Below, in pieces: positions 1 through 11,269 of a stretch of 64,000 nt of DNA. A model generated the notes under the pieces. That model was not told where the DNA came from and searched no databases. It saw only the letters and a program-made list of their open reading frames with translations. The position numbers and the translations under genes are program-made. Origin of the DNA: Lama guanicoe (taxonomy: Eukaryota); assembly GCA_013239625.1 (NCBI GenBank), contig MU054338.1, positions 1,614,001 to 1,678,000 on the forward strand, written 5' to 3'. Each line of letters starts with the position of its first letter. The stretch's first letter is position 1.

Positions 1-245
1 TGTGTGACTCCAAGGATGTGAGGCGTCCAGAACAGGCCAGTCCACAGACACAGGGAGGGGGCTCCTGGCTGTCAAGGGCTGGGGGGGGGATGAGGGTGAT
101 GACAGCTAATGGGGATGGGGGTGCTTTTTGGGGTGATGGAATGTTCTGGAATTAGGTAGTGGTGATGGGTGCACAACACGGTGGACACACTAGTATCACT
201 AATGGTAAGTTTTGTTATGTTTATTTTACTGGAATTTAAAGAAGA
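1..245 (+). mobile_element. L1MB-type LINE-1 3' end fragment
   Basis: Recognisable L1MB 3'UTR motifs (tccagaacaggccagtccacagacaca...gggtgatggaatgttctggaattaggtagtggtgatgg). Confidence 0.75.
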
Positions 246-1227
246 TTAAAGAAGAAGGACTGAGCCTCCCCCAGCAGGAGCTGGGCAGAGTCTGAAGGGA
301 AGGGTCAGGGAGGGCTCAGCCTAAGACTTTGTCTCCGCCGGAGAATGGACCCGACAGGAAGGTCCCTGCCTGGACGCCCCCACAAGCCCTCTGGGCCTCA
401 GTGACCCTGGTGAGTGGGCTGACACCTAGGACTCCCTGCACCAGGGTCCCAAAAGAGGAGGGCGGAGATGAGGGCAGGTGCCTGGTTCCCGAGGTCCCAC
501 CACCCTGCTAGCGTCTCTGCGGCCTTGGCCCCTCCGGCAGCCTCCTTCCCACCTGTGCAGCGAGAGGCAGGGGGAGGGCTCTGGGAGGTGTGGCCGCCAG
601 GAGGGACCTCGGTGCCCCAGACTGCAGCCCCGGGCGCCAGGGCCCCGGGCTCCAATCCTAGAGCTCAGTTTGGAAGACAGACCTCCCGCCGACAAGCGTC
701 TCAGGACCAGGAAATGGGATGCTCTGCGCCCTCCGTCCCTGCCTCGCGGGCGACCTCTCACTGGGCCTGACCCTGCTGTCCTGGTCGGTGTCCTGGGGCT
801 CCAAAACCCCAGGCGGGACTGGGAGGGAGGCCTGTCACGTCCTGCCTCTGCTCCTCCCCACATTCAGAGGGGCGCCGGGGGAGCCCTCCCGACATCAGAC
901 AGGCGGGTGAGCGGGTGAGTCAGCGTCCTCCGCCAGGGCCTGGGCTGGCTGGGCGCGCGGAGGAAAACCACTTCAACCGGGGCCTGCTCTGTCTTCAGCC
1001 CCCAGGAATGCTTTGAATGCTCAGAGTTCTGGAACATTCAGACGCCTCGTGGGAGGCCCCCTAACCCCACCGGGAGGTGCACCTGGCCGGGCTGGAGGCC
1101 CAAGGCCATCACAGGGATTCCCACCCCTTCCTTCCACCAAGAGCCATCCCTTCCTCAGGAATCCCCAGACCAACCGTGCCTGGGGGATGGGGGTGCTGGT
1201 GGAAGAGAGCCCTAGCAAACACTAAGG

Positions 1228-1625
1228 GCGATGGCTGATTTTAAGTGTACAATTGCGGAGGCCAGGGTACCTGGCTGTCTGGTCAAAAGCCAGCCTAGAC
1301 GTCTCTCTGAAGGTATTTTTAGATGAGATTCACATTTACGTCAATGGACTTTAAGGAAATCAGATGATCCTCCGTAGTGTGGGTGGGCCGCTTCTAATCA
1401 GTTGTAGGCCATCAGGGAAAAGACTGAGGTCTCTCAAAGTGGAAAGATTTCTGCCTGCAGACGGCCTTCAGACTTGAGCTGCATCAGCTCTTCCCTGGGT
1501 CTCCAGCCTGTGGTCCGCCGTGCACACTTCAGACCTGCCAGCCCCACGACTGTGTGAGCCAGTGCCTTAACATACATGTCACACCCTTCTCTCTCTGTAA
1601 TATAGTCATATGCCCCTGACTAATC
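1228..1625 (+). mobile_element. MLT2 (ERVL) solo LTR
   Basis: gatggctgattttaagtgt...ctgaaggtatttttagatgagatt...tgtgggtgggcc...aatcagttg...tgtgtgagccagt matches MLT2 consensus blocks. Confidence 0.75.
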
Positions 1626-1919
1626 CAGTGGGGCTGGAGCAAGGCTAATGTGGAGCCATGAAACACCCGTGTCTTCTAGATGGAGACTTCCTGGCCCTCA
1701 CCTGGCCACCTGCAGGCTGGGGTCTGGGGCAGGAAACAGCTTCTCGGAGGAGGCTCACCATCCTTTGCAAAGCGGTCATGGGTTTGGTAAGAGTGATTTG
1801 GAAAAGTGTCAGACACTCATCTTGTGTAAGAGGCAGAGACCAGCTGCTTGGCCTACACGCTCTGAAAGCCCTGGATGTCGTCATGATGTCCACTTGTGGA
1901 CTTAAGATTCATTTATGTA

Positions 1920-2302
1920 AACACACATGGTCCCTCCACACATGGGAGCATCACTCAGCCGTGACCAGGAGAGCAGCCCTGACACCCGCTCCCACATGGA
2001 CGGACCCCGAGAGCACGATGCTCAGCGAGAGAAGCAGACACAGAAGGACACAGTGTGTGATTCCATGGATGTGAAACGCCCAGAATAGGCCAGTCCCCAG
2101 ACACAGAGAGGGGGCTCCTGGCTGTCAGGGGCTGCAGGGGGAGGATGGGGAATGACTGCTCATGGGATGGGGTTTCTATTTAGGGCGATGGAGTGTTCTG
2201 GAATCAGTGATGATGGCTGCACGACATTTTGAGTTCACCAAATGCCACCGAATCGTGTACTTTAAAAATGGTTAACTTCAATTTATGCAAATTAAAAAAA
2301 AA
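1920..2302 (+). mobile_element. L1MB-type LINE-1 3' end with GC-shifted core
   Basis: atgctcagcgagagaagcagacacagaagg...tactttaaaaatggttaa followed by an A-tail. Confidence 0.8.
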
Positions 2303-2789
2303 AGCCTGCAGAGCTGACTGCCTGATGAGGATGCACTGTCTTGTTTTGCTTTGCATGTTCCTGATCCCTGATGGGTTAAGTGTCTTCGAGCAGGAACTGC
2401 TTGTCTTTCTTCTTTTCTTTTCTTTTCTTTTTAGCATAAAAATCAAACACGCTGATTTCAAAAAACGCAGTCGATGCAGGAGTGAAGAAAGCGAACAGTG
2501 AAAGGCCCGTGTCCTCCTTTCCCTTTGAGGGGCCGGGGCGCTAACTTCTGTGTGCATCTGTCACAGCGAGGGAGCCAGCTCTGAGGATGAGGGGACAGAG
2601 GCCACAGTGCCTGCCTCACGCTGATGCTTTCGGTGGGGCCTGAGGTGGCCTTATCTGGGGCTGTCCAGGGAAGGACCCCAATGGCTGGGGTGGGCTTAGA
2701 GCAGAACTCGAGGCCTGCCTCGGGTCCCACTGTGTTTATAAAGCATGCTGGCACGCTGACCATCACCACAACCCATGACAGAAGGTTTA

Positions 2790-2860
2790 CATCTGTGTCT
2801 TTTTGCTGAGAAAACTGGCTCAGAGAGGTTAAGTGAGTGGCCCAAAGTCACACAGCATGA
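2790..2860 (-). mobile_element. MIR core fragment
   Basis: gagaaaactggctcagagaggttaagtgagtggcccaaagtcacacagc is the MIR core. Confidence 0.75.
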
Positions 2861-2981
2861 GGCACAGCAGAGCGCATTTCCCCGCCGTCCAGCTGAGCGG
2901 TCTGTGCCACCTGTTTGCTGAAGGTGTGCCTGGGGGTCTCTCCCCGCCTCTGCCCGCCACTCACCCACCCACCCAGCTCAC

Positions 2982-3062
2982 CTTGATGCGCTCGATCCCA
3001 GCTTCGATGCGGAGCTGCTCCACCAGCTTCCGAGCCTGGGCTATGTTGTTAGTGGTTGACAT
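2982..3062 (-). CDS. GNG7: Guanine nucleotide-binding protein G(I)/G(S)/G(O) subunit gamma-7, first coding exon (27 codons, phase-0 donor); C-terminal exon not found in the window
   Basis: Minus strand ATG(3062) TCA ACC ACT AAC AAC ATA GCC CAG GCT CGG AAG CTG GTG GAG CAG CTC CGC ATC GAA GCT GGG ATC GAG CGC ATC AAG|GTGAGC translates to [27 protein letters not shown]. This matches the recalled human GNG7 N-terminus ([27 protein letters not shown]) except at residue 3. The intron position is the conserved G-gamma ...RIK|V junction. Confidence 0.97.
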
Positions 3063-3100
3063 CGTCTGCCATCAGCTCTGGGCCCCCGTCGTCCAGAGAG
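3063..3100 (-). other. GNG7: 5'UTR part (38 nt) of the GNG7 first coding exon
   Basis: Acceptor ctgtctgcttcctcccgcAG at 3102-3101 with a pyrimidine tract, 38 nt upstream of the ATG. Confidence 0.85.
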
Positions 3101-3427
3101 CTGCGGGAGGAAGCAGACAGACGTGAGCTGTCCTGTCACACCCAGGGACTGCAGGTGGAGGGCCGACAGGAGGGACACCCCGCTTCCGGAAGCCTCCTGG
3201 GCCTGCCCCGCCCCACTCCCCTGCAGCCCTGCAGTCCCTAGGTTGCTGGTGGGAGGCCCAGCCAAGCACATCTTCCCCACAGTCCCCTCCTGTGTGGTCG
3301 GGGGCATGTGCTCGCTGCATGTGACCACCAAATGTCCCAGGAAAGTTCACAAAGCCATGGTATTGGCTGCTGGCTGGCGCAGGACAAGGGGAGTTTTCTC
3401 TGATCCCTGCTCCTGTGCCAGGCCCTC

Positions 3428-3605
3428 CCCAAAACTGCTGGCATTGGGGCTGGATCATCCTCTGTGGGGGGCCGTCCTGGGCACCGTGGGATGTTGGGCA
3501 GCCTCCCTGGCCCCCACCCACTCGATACCAGAGGCCCCCCAGTGTGACGATTACAGATGTCCCCAGACATGGCCCAGTGTCCCTTGGAGGCAGATTCACT
3601 GGGGG
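3428..3605 (-). mobile_element. MER20 (hAT-Charlie MITE)
   Basis: Reverse complement reads gggacactgggccatgtctggggacatctg...gccagggaggctgc...caggacggcccc. Confidence 0.85.
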
Positions 3606-3959
3606 AGAGGCCCCTGGCTGCGGACCCAGATGGAACACGTAGGAAGTCAGCACCCTTGGGTCTGGGCGCCCTGCCCCTTCTCGGGAGGCCCGGGGCCTGT
3701 CTCCTCCATCTGTGTGTTACTTGGCCCGCAAAGTAAAGTTTAATCACATTGAACGTGTGGCGTTGCCTGTGGATGGACAAGCATTTGTAGAAAACGGCAG
3801 ACAGAGCCCCAGTGCCTGCTGCCCGGCTTCTCTCATCGGCAGCATCTTGAAAACCTGTATGCAGTGACATCACAGCCAGGATGCCGAGGCACTGACGCAG
3901 GGAGGATCGGAGCCCCTCGCCCCCAGGGTCCTCCTGCCCCGCCCACCCTGGTGGCCAGG

Positions 3960-4560
3960 CCTGCAGGTGCGAGCTCCGTCCACACTTTGGTCCTCCCGCG
4001 AATGCTGTTTAAATGGAACCACACAGTATGGGAACTCTGGGGATTGGCCTTTATCTATCTATCTATCTACCTATCTATCTATCACTCAGCATAAACATCC
4101 GGAGATCGCCCAGGCAGCTGTGCTCATCAACAGCTTCTTCCTTTGCACGGCCGAGTAGACATCCCTGGCGTGGAGGTGCTGCCGTTTAACCGAACACCCG
4201 TCCGAGGACACGCGGGCCGGTTCCTGGCTCCGGCTGTCAGCGACACAGCCGCCACAGACGTCCGTGTGCAGGCTTCTGTGCGCACAGAAGTCTTTATTTC
4301 TCTGGAATAAGTGCTGAGGAGTGTGCCTGCATGTTTCATTTTTTTAAAAATATTTTTACTTTTGGGTTAGATTTTTTTAAAAATTTATTGTCGGTACTGG
4401 GGATTGAATCCAGGACCTTGTGCATGCTAAGCATGTGCTCTACCACTGAGCTGTGTGCCCCCTGCATGTTTCGTTTTTTTAAGAGAACGCTGGAGTGTCT
4501 TCCAGAGAGGCTGCACCATTTTATGTTCCCGCCAGCCGTGGACGAGGCATGGTCATTTAT
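3960..4560 (-). mobile_element. Old L1M 3' fragment interrupted by a (TATC)n repeat and a SINE
   Basis: aaatggaaccacacagtatg..., ctttatttctctggaataagtgctgaggagt..., ggctgcaccattttatgttccc. Confidence 0.65.
4345..4460 (-). mobile_element. Camelid tRNA-derived SINE (Vic-1 type)
   Basis: Reverse complement agctcagtggtagagcacatgcttagcatgcacaaggtcctggattcaatccccagtacc (A/B boxes); target-site duplication cctgcatgtttc at 4326-4337 and 4461-4472. Confidence 0.9.
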
Positions 4561-4659
4561 TTTTATGATTCAGTTATGCAACGCTGTTTCTGTTCCTCAA
4601 GGGGGTAATAATTCTTTTTTTCCATCCAATCTACATTTCGTGGGCCCTGGGCCCTGGGA

Positions 4660-4852
4660 CAGTGGTTCTCAGCTGGGGCAGCCTTGCCCCCAGGGACACT
4701 GGGCCATGTCTGGGAACACCTGTGGTCGTCAGAATTGCAGATGCTCCTCGAAGGGCCAGAGAAGCTGATCACCCTCCACCGTGCCAGGGATGACCCCCCC
4801 CCATGGAGAATGACCCTGCCCCGAATGTTGACGTGCCACGGCCGAGAAACTG
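4660..4852 (+). mobile_element. MER20
   Basis: Starts with the terminal cagtggttctca and ends ccgagaaactgg. Confidence 0.85.
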
Positions 4853-5048
4853 GGTCTGATCCCTGCTCACACCAGACACCAGAATAAAGCCTGGTGGGTC
4901 AGACAGTGTAAACCAGGGTGACCCCCAGTGTCTGTGAGTCACTCCTTCCTCCCACTCAGATGTGTGTTTAAATGTGTGCAGCATCCCGGGACCTCAAGGT
5001 CAAGTGGTCATGGAGTGCAGTCTCCTGGGGTCAGTGCAGTCTTCTAAC

Positions 5049-5212
5049 CCAGGGGGTCTCATATGGGGAGAGACTGCCCCTAGGGGACACTGAGCAATGT
5101 CTGGGGACATCTATGGTTGTCATGACTTGGGGTGGGGCGCTCCTGGCCTTGAGATGGGATCAGAGCATGACCTGGCCTCAGTGTGGGCAGCGTCCAGGTT
5201 GAGGAAGCTCCA
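5049..5212 (+). mobile_element. MER20, internally deleted
   Basis: ggggacactgagcaatgtctggggacatctatggttgtcatgac. Confidence 0.8.
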
Positions 5213-5339
5213 GGTGCGTGTTAGTTCAGCTAGGGGGTGGGGCGGCAGTGCGAAGCCCAGGATCAGGAGTCCTGGGGAGCTGGTCCCGGCTGGGCTGACG
5301 TTCCCCCAGGTAAATCAGTAGCCCACTGTGCTCTGTCCC

Positions 5340-5650
5340 AATACACTGTACCTCTGTCTGTTTTGCAGTCGGTAGAATGGGCTAGCTGCAGAAAAGTAAA
5401 GGCAGATTTCAGGTTTTCAAAGAATGTCCTATTTGGCAATAAAAAGTCCAAGTCTTGGCTGGCCCTCCAGGGAATTGCACTGAGTGGCAAAGGCCAGTCC
5501 CCAGAGCTCCATGTACAGAACATCTCTGAGATGCCGAAGTCGGGGAGATGGAAGAGAGATCCGTGGTTGTAGGGGGTGGTGGCCTGGGGGGGGTTCTGGG
5601 TAGAAAGGCAGACACCAGGGTCCTTGCGTGGCGGGAAGTGCTGTGTCTCT
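5340..5650 (+). mobile_element. L1ME-like 3' fragment
   Basis: tatttggcaataaaaag...gaattgcactgagtggcaaaggccagtccc...atggaagagagatccgtggttg. Confidence 0.55.
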
Positions 5651-6084
5651 CGCCCTTGGTGGATTCCCGTGTCTGCACAGGGCATGAACTTGCCAAGAAC
5701 AAATAAAACTGAACAAATCTGCATCAGGTGGGGGGGTCGTCTTGGTGCCAACACCACAGCTGTGACGCTGTCCACACTCTGACCCAGCGGCCACCGGCGG
5801 GGAGACAGGGTGCAGGGCGCTCGGACTTGCTCTCTGCGATTTGGTGCAGCAGCATGTGAACCGCCAGTGATCTCCGTCCAAGTTTCGATTAAAAAAGATC
5901 CCTTCCACGCTGCTGGCTCCCTCCTTCCCGCCAGTCACCCGGGCCCCTCTCTGGGTCAGAAAAGGCCCAAGTGTGTCTGCTCTGAGCGCACAGAGCCCAC
6001 GTGTGGGCTTCCAGAGGGCTCTGATTCAGCAGAGAGCTTCAAAGCAGCCGCAAAACATCCAGCTCAGGGAAAACCGCCCTTGGT

Positions 6085-6985
6085 TTGGCTTAAAAATACC
6101 TAAATTACTCAGCACTAAATATAGACGCTCACAGAGAACAAACGGGGTGGCCCCACGGCGTGTTTTCCTTGGAAGGCCAGGCAGTACCGTTCAGCACCCA
6201 CACATGGGGCGTCCACCAGGTCCCCAGGAGCCCCGGCCACCTCGGGGACCCCAACTGCGGCCTCCCTCTTAAGCTCTAAGCCCCTGAGCGCTGCTCGCTG
6301 TCTGTCTGTCTGGGCACAGCGCCCTGTGAGGTTCCCTCTGGGCTGGGTTATACCCCGGGCCCCAGGGACGGCCAGAGAGGCTGCATCGGGGGCTGCAGGT
6401 GCACGCGCGTCTGTGAGTGTCAGTGCACGTGTGAGCCTGTCTCGATGTGTACTTGTGTGTATATGAGTGCGCACAGCACACGCGTGCAGATGCGTGTGTT
6501 TACGAGTGCGTATGCACAGGTGCAGGTGTGCGCCTGTGCATGAGTGTGCCATGTGCCTGTGTGTGAGTGGTGGAGCTGCCGGGACCCAGACACGCTTGCA
6601 TCACCGCAGCCCAGGCAGCAGACGGGAGCCCTCGTCCCAGCCGATGTCCCAGCCAGTCACTGCCGCGTGGGCCGCGTGCCCCCCGGGGTTAGGTCAGCTC
6701 CCGCGGGACGGGCAGCGCGCTGAGTCAGCCAGGAACATTCTTCACCAGCTGCCTCTCCGCAACGGGCACGTGACGGCGGGCACCCGACCTGGCTGGGCCT
6801 GCCGGGGCCCAGAGGAGCCGGGGGAGAGGGTGGGATCGCTGACTCCAGGAGGGAGGGGTGAGGCGGCTGGAGCTGTAGGCGGTGGTCAGGTCCCGACTCT
6901 AGGGTCGGCCTCTGCGGAGAGGCGGGTTCAGGCCTGGCAAGGCTGGGGACACAACTTGGGGTGAGGTTTGTCTAAAAATAGGACC
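6085..6985. promoter_or_regulatory. Candidate intronic enhancer (MEF2 x2, MARE/AP-1, E-box)
   Basis: CTAAATATAG 6115-6124, CTAAAAATAG 6972-6981, GCTGAGTCAGC 6719-6729 and CACGTGAC 6767-6774 in unique, moderately CpG-rich DNA. Confidence 0.45.
6398..6570. repeat. Degenerate (TG/CG)-rich purine-pyrimidine alternating tract
   Basis: gtgcacgcgcgtctgtgagtgt...gtgtgtatatgagtgcgcac... Confidence 0.7.
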
Positions 6986-7284
6986 TTCACAGACGCCACC
7001 AGGCCCTGGCTGGCCTCCCAGGAAAGGGCCGGGAAGTCACCGGGGTCAGGCAGCTCCCGCAGAAGACTCACGGGCATGTGTCTGGCTGGCAAGGACCGTG
7101 AAGGCCCCGTGCTTTGGGACCTAGTGTGAGGCTGTGCTGATGCCACAGGCGGGGTCGTCACCAGAATGTTACAGACCTGAGCCCAGGCACCAGGCTCTGG
7201 TACACAGGGGGACTGAGTACTCCCGGGCGGGGGCGGCGCCTCTCCAAGGTGGGCTGCAGGGATGGCAGGATGGGGGCACCTAGT

Positions 7285-7480
7285 CAGAACAGGGGCACTG
7301 CAGACAGGGGGCTGGGTCATCCTCTATGGGGGCCGTCCCGGGCACTGTGGGGTATGGAGCAGCCTCCCTGGCCTCACCCACTCCATGCCTGCCGCAGCCC
7401 AGTCGTGACAACCACAGATGTCCCCGGACATGGCCCTGTGTCCTCTGGGGGCAGACCCACCCTCGGGGGTAAACCTCTGG
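7285..7480 (-). mobile_element. MER20
   Basis: ggggccgtcccgggcactgtgggg...cagtcgtgacaaccacagatgtcccc. Confidence 0.85.
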
Positions 7481-8039
7481 GTTAGATCAAGCCTCATTTT
7501 CACAACCAAAGAGATTCCATCTAAAAAGCCATAGAATGAAAAAGTTAAGTTACACAAATTAGTGAAAATGCACAGAATACTGATTCTGTCACAGAGAAGT
7601 GACATTTTAGCAACTGAAGAAACAGAGTGAATGGAGAAGCTCAACGTTATGACCATAGACAAGTACTGAGAACTTCTTCATGGCAAACTGGCGAAACTAA
7701 AACCCGAGACCACGGACCTAGGAAAACCTACGGCAACGGTTAGTGGGCAAGCGAGCTCTTTGTCATGTTGCTAATACCTTGGTCGTTGGGTCCCCTTGAA
7801 CTATCAGGAAAGGACTTGCTCGAGCAATTCAGGTAGGAAGTAATTTAACTGATAAAAATCAAAGTGAATGGAGCATGGCCTCATTAGCAATCGAGGAAAG
7901 TAGGCTGGAGGAATTGTGGTGGCCACTTCATCTACCCAGAACACCAGGAGGGCTGCTGACGGAGCGCCACCTGACGCAGGCAGCGATGCGATCGCCCACC
8001 ACCCTCTGGTCCTGTTGTCCAATCTCAGCCTCATAAACT

Positions 8040-9200
8040 GGACGTCAAGAGCTACAAGGCTGTCCTCTTAAATCCCCTGTCTGGGCATTTATCCCGGGTG
8101 GGGGGGAAATCAAAAGAAACAAAAAGCCACATGTAGAAAGGTGTTTACGACGGTGTTATTTATAATAGTGAAAAACTAGAACGAAACCACATGTTCCTTG
8201 GTAGGGGAATGGCTACTTCATTGGGACGTTTTCCTGGTGAAGCATTAGGCTGCCATTATAAATGGTACCTAAAGATGTGGAGCCCAGGGGAGGTGTTACA
8301 TGAAAAACAAAACAAAACAAATCTAGGTTGAGCAAAAAAGATAAAATTTTGGATTGAGGGGAAAAAAAACCCAGGGAGATGGACAAAGTGTGGATGCACA
8401 CAGCAAAGTCCTGTCACATGACAGTATTTGTGGATAAAGGCAGAAGGGGTGCCTCCAAGTGACAGTCTGGTCAGTGATTGCCTTTATAATTTCCTTTAAT
8501 TAAATGCTTTCTGTTAAGGTATAATTTTTGTCCAGTAAAATTCGTGCTTTTGGGTGTGCAGTTGATGAGAACTTACAAATGTACACAGTCCCGCGGCCAG
8601 CACTGCCATCAAGATACGGAGAAACTCCATCAGCCTAAGACATCCCCACTGTGTTGCCACTCTGTGTTGCTGGCCCCTGCAGACCTCGATCTCTTCTCTG
8701 TTCCTGGAAGTCCTACAAATAGGGTCCAATGGTGTAGAGTCTGGTTCCTTTCATTCAGGGCACTGTCTGCACGAGTGACCGCGTGGCTGGGTCCATCGGC
8801 ATCGGGCCATCACAGGACCGTGCCCCTGGGTGTGGATCCATTCACCTGCTGCACTGCGTCTGGGTTGCTTCCGGCTTTTGGCGATTGTGAGCAAAGCGGT
8901 GGTGAACATTCAACTATGGGTTTTTGTGGGAAGCGAAATTTCCATTTCTCCTGGGTAAACCCCTGTGCGTGGGGTTTCTGGCTCCTGGGACAGGTGTATG
9001 TTTACCGTTAGGAGTTAAACATTTTCCGTTTCCAAAGTCACTGTGCTATTTTGTATTTTGAAATAATCACAGACTGACAGGCAGTTGCAAAAATAGTACA
9101 GAGAGTCCCACGCATCCTTTTCCCCGCCTCCCGAATGGTGACATCTCATGTGACTGTGGGACACGGATGCTGGGCCGTGCTCAGCCTTTACCGGCCCTCC
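8040..9200. mobile_element. Cluster of old L1ME/L1MC fragments (+ at about 8040-8400, - at about 8500-9200)
   Basis: gtgttatttataatagtgaaaaactaga; gcttttggcgattgtgagcaaagc; ttttgaaataatcacagact...aaaaatagtacagagagtccc. Confidence 0.6.
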
Positions 9201-9589
9201 CACGACTCATTCATGTGTAGAAGGGACTTTTGTCACCACTCACCCCTCCCAGGGAAATCTGGTCTAAACATTTCCTGTCCTGGCCGCTGTCCCTGACTAA
9301 GAGCCCGGTTCCTCCCTCCTGCACCCCTCATGGAGCTGGGCCACCTGCTATAGACCTGCCCCATGCCACCATGGCTACCTGTGACCCCAGCAGACAAGCT
9401 TTGGTGTAAATGTTTGTGAAGTGGACAGATGGGCAGAGGCAAGAGAAAAAGTGTGATAAATTGGTGACAGTATCAGGGGGAAAAAGCCTAGGGCTCCAGC
9501 TGGCAAAGCTCCAAGGTGGCTGAACTCTTGTGTTTATCAAATCCTAGAGGTCTTGGTCAGCAGCGGGGACATACAACCCACCATAGTCC

Positions 9590-9780
9590 GGGCTGCCCCC
9601 ACCCCAGCCCCACCAGCACTGCTGACCTCGGGGCCGGGCCCTTCTCCATGGGGGCCATCCTGGGCACTGGAGGGGTTAGAGCAGCATCCTGGACCGCACC
9701 CACTCCATGCCAGGAGGCCCCTAGTTGTGACAATCACAGGTGTCACCAGACATCACCCGGTATCCCCTGGGTGCAGAATC
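9590..9780 (-). mobile_element. MER20
   Basis: ggggccatcctgggcactgg...cactccatgccaggaggcccctagttgtgacaatc. Confidence 0.8.
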
Positions 9781-11269
9781 TGTCTTTTATGGAACTCTCT
9801 TATTAGAAGAAATTTTGCAGCTAAGAGATGTTCATCTAGGCAAAGTGCAAACAGTTTTTATGGAACTAAAATGGTTCGGTTTGAACTGAAGTGGTGCTGG
9901 ATGAAAACAGAAGTTCGTTTCACAAGGGGGTTTAATTTTCTTAGCACCTAACAGCCCCCTGGGACTGGGAGGGGTCACATGGGGCCAGACCTCCCCCTGA
10001 AGCTCAGCCGACAGCACGTGTGAAGGGGGACAGAGTGGGAGGCGGGGCCCCTGGGGGAAGTGGCGGACCTGAATTCTGCCCCAGATCCCAAAGCTGTGTG
10101 GCTTTGGGAAAGTTACCTCCCCTCTCTGAGCTCTGGTGAGCTCTGGTCAATGCTCAGAGTTCTACTCCCTCTCAGTGCAGGCCCAGCGAACCTCCAGGTC
10201 GTCCAGATCCTGTGCCAGGGATCAGAGGTCCCAGGGGCTGGCAGCCACCGGGGGCCCTCTTTCAGTAACCCTGGCAACTGCCAAATATAAACATAGCTGC
10301 TGGGGAGACCGAATGAGACCAGGTGACCTGGACCTCCTGCGCCAGCGCACGAGGGAGGGCCAGTGTTTTGCTAGCACTGGGGTGGCCACTCCCCTCACCT
10401 GCCCAGGGGCCGGGGCGGGGCAGGGTGTCACAGCCCGCTGGCCCGGGGCCGAGTTTGAAGTCGATCATATTAAAACTAGGAATGGAGGAAAGTGGTGAGA
10501 GAGCCGGTTCCGAGAGACGGGAAGTGGCCCCTTTTCCAGCTTGCAGGCCCCGCCCCTTCTGAGCCGTGCTGCAGAGGTGAGACTGGGTTCCTTTCAGCTG
10601 GTCTCTGGGCTTCAAGAGTCCATGATGCTGGGCACGCTCAGTCGCTTCCGTGCTGCCTTTGGACATGGTTAGGGGCCTTCCAGCGCCTGGTGACCCTTTG
10701 TGGCATAACTCCCCCGCGAGCTCCCAGAGCAATCAGGTCTTGGGGACCAGTGACAGACTGTCCTGCTGAGGGGCCCCAGCAGCGCTGCACGGGACAGAGA
10801 AACAGAGGCACTGGAGGGCTAGTGAGGTAAGGAAGGATTTCCATCCAGGATCCGGCTTCCCGGCTACCCGGCTACCCTGGGGAGGAGGGTGTGCGGAGAG
10901 ACTGAGTGATAGCTCTATCACTCAGGCCCCCCAAGGCTAGGGGTGCAGAGGGTGAGATTGGGGCGTCCCAGGGGGAGGGCGCTTGCTGAGCTCCCGCCTG
11001 GTGTGAGCGGGGATGGAGCGCTGCCTTCTAAGAAAAGGAAGCAGGCAGGCCCTCAAGCGGCTGCAGCTGAGTTCTGAATAGCGGCAGCCCCTGATGCTGG
11101 ACTGAGGGGACCCTCAATCGCTAGTAGCCCTAGATGCTGAGCAGAAGTGAACGCGAATCCTTTCTGGTGGAAAATGGCATAATCTTAGGCTTCCAATTGT
11201 TTCTACAAACAAGGCAGTAGTCACAGTGCCTAGCACACAGTTGGAAGTGACCAGGCATACGAGAAGCCA

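Noticed and set aside
1..2981. Second GNG7 coding exon (VSKAAS...CaaX)
   Set aside because: No matching minus-strand sequence found; it is presumably beyond the left edge of the window.
7066..7074. Isolated strong minus-strand donor CCC|GTGAGT
   Set aside because: No convincing paired acceptor or start site; such 9-mers occur by chance in 64 kb.
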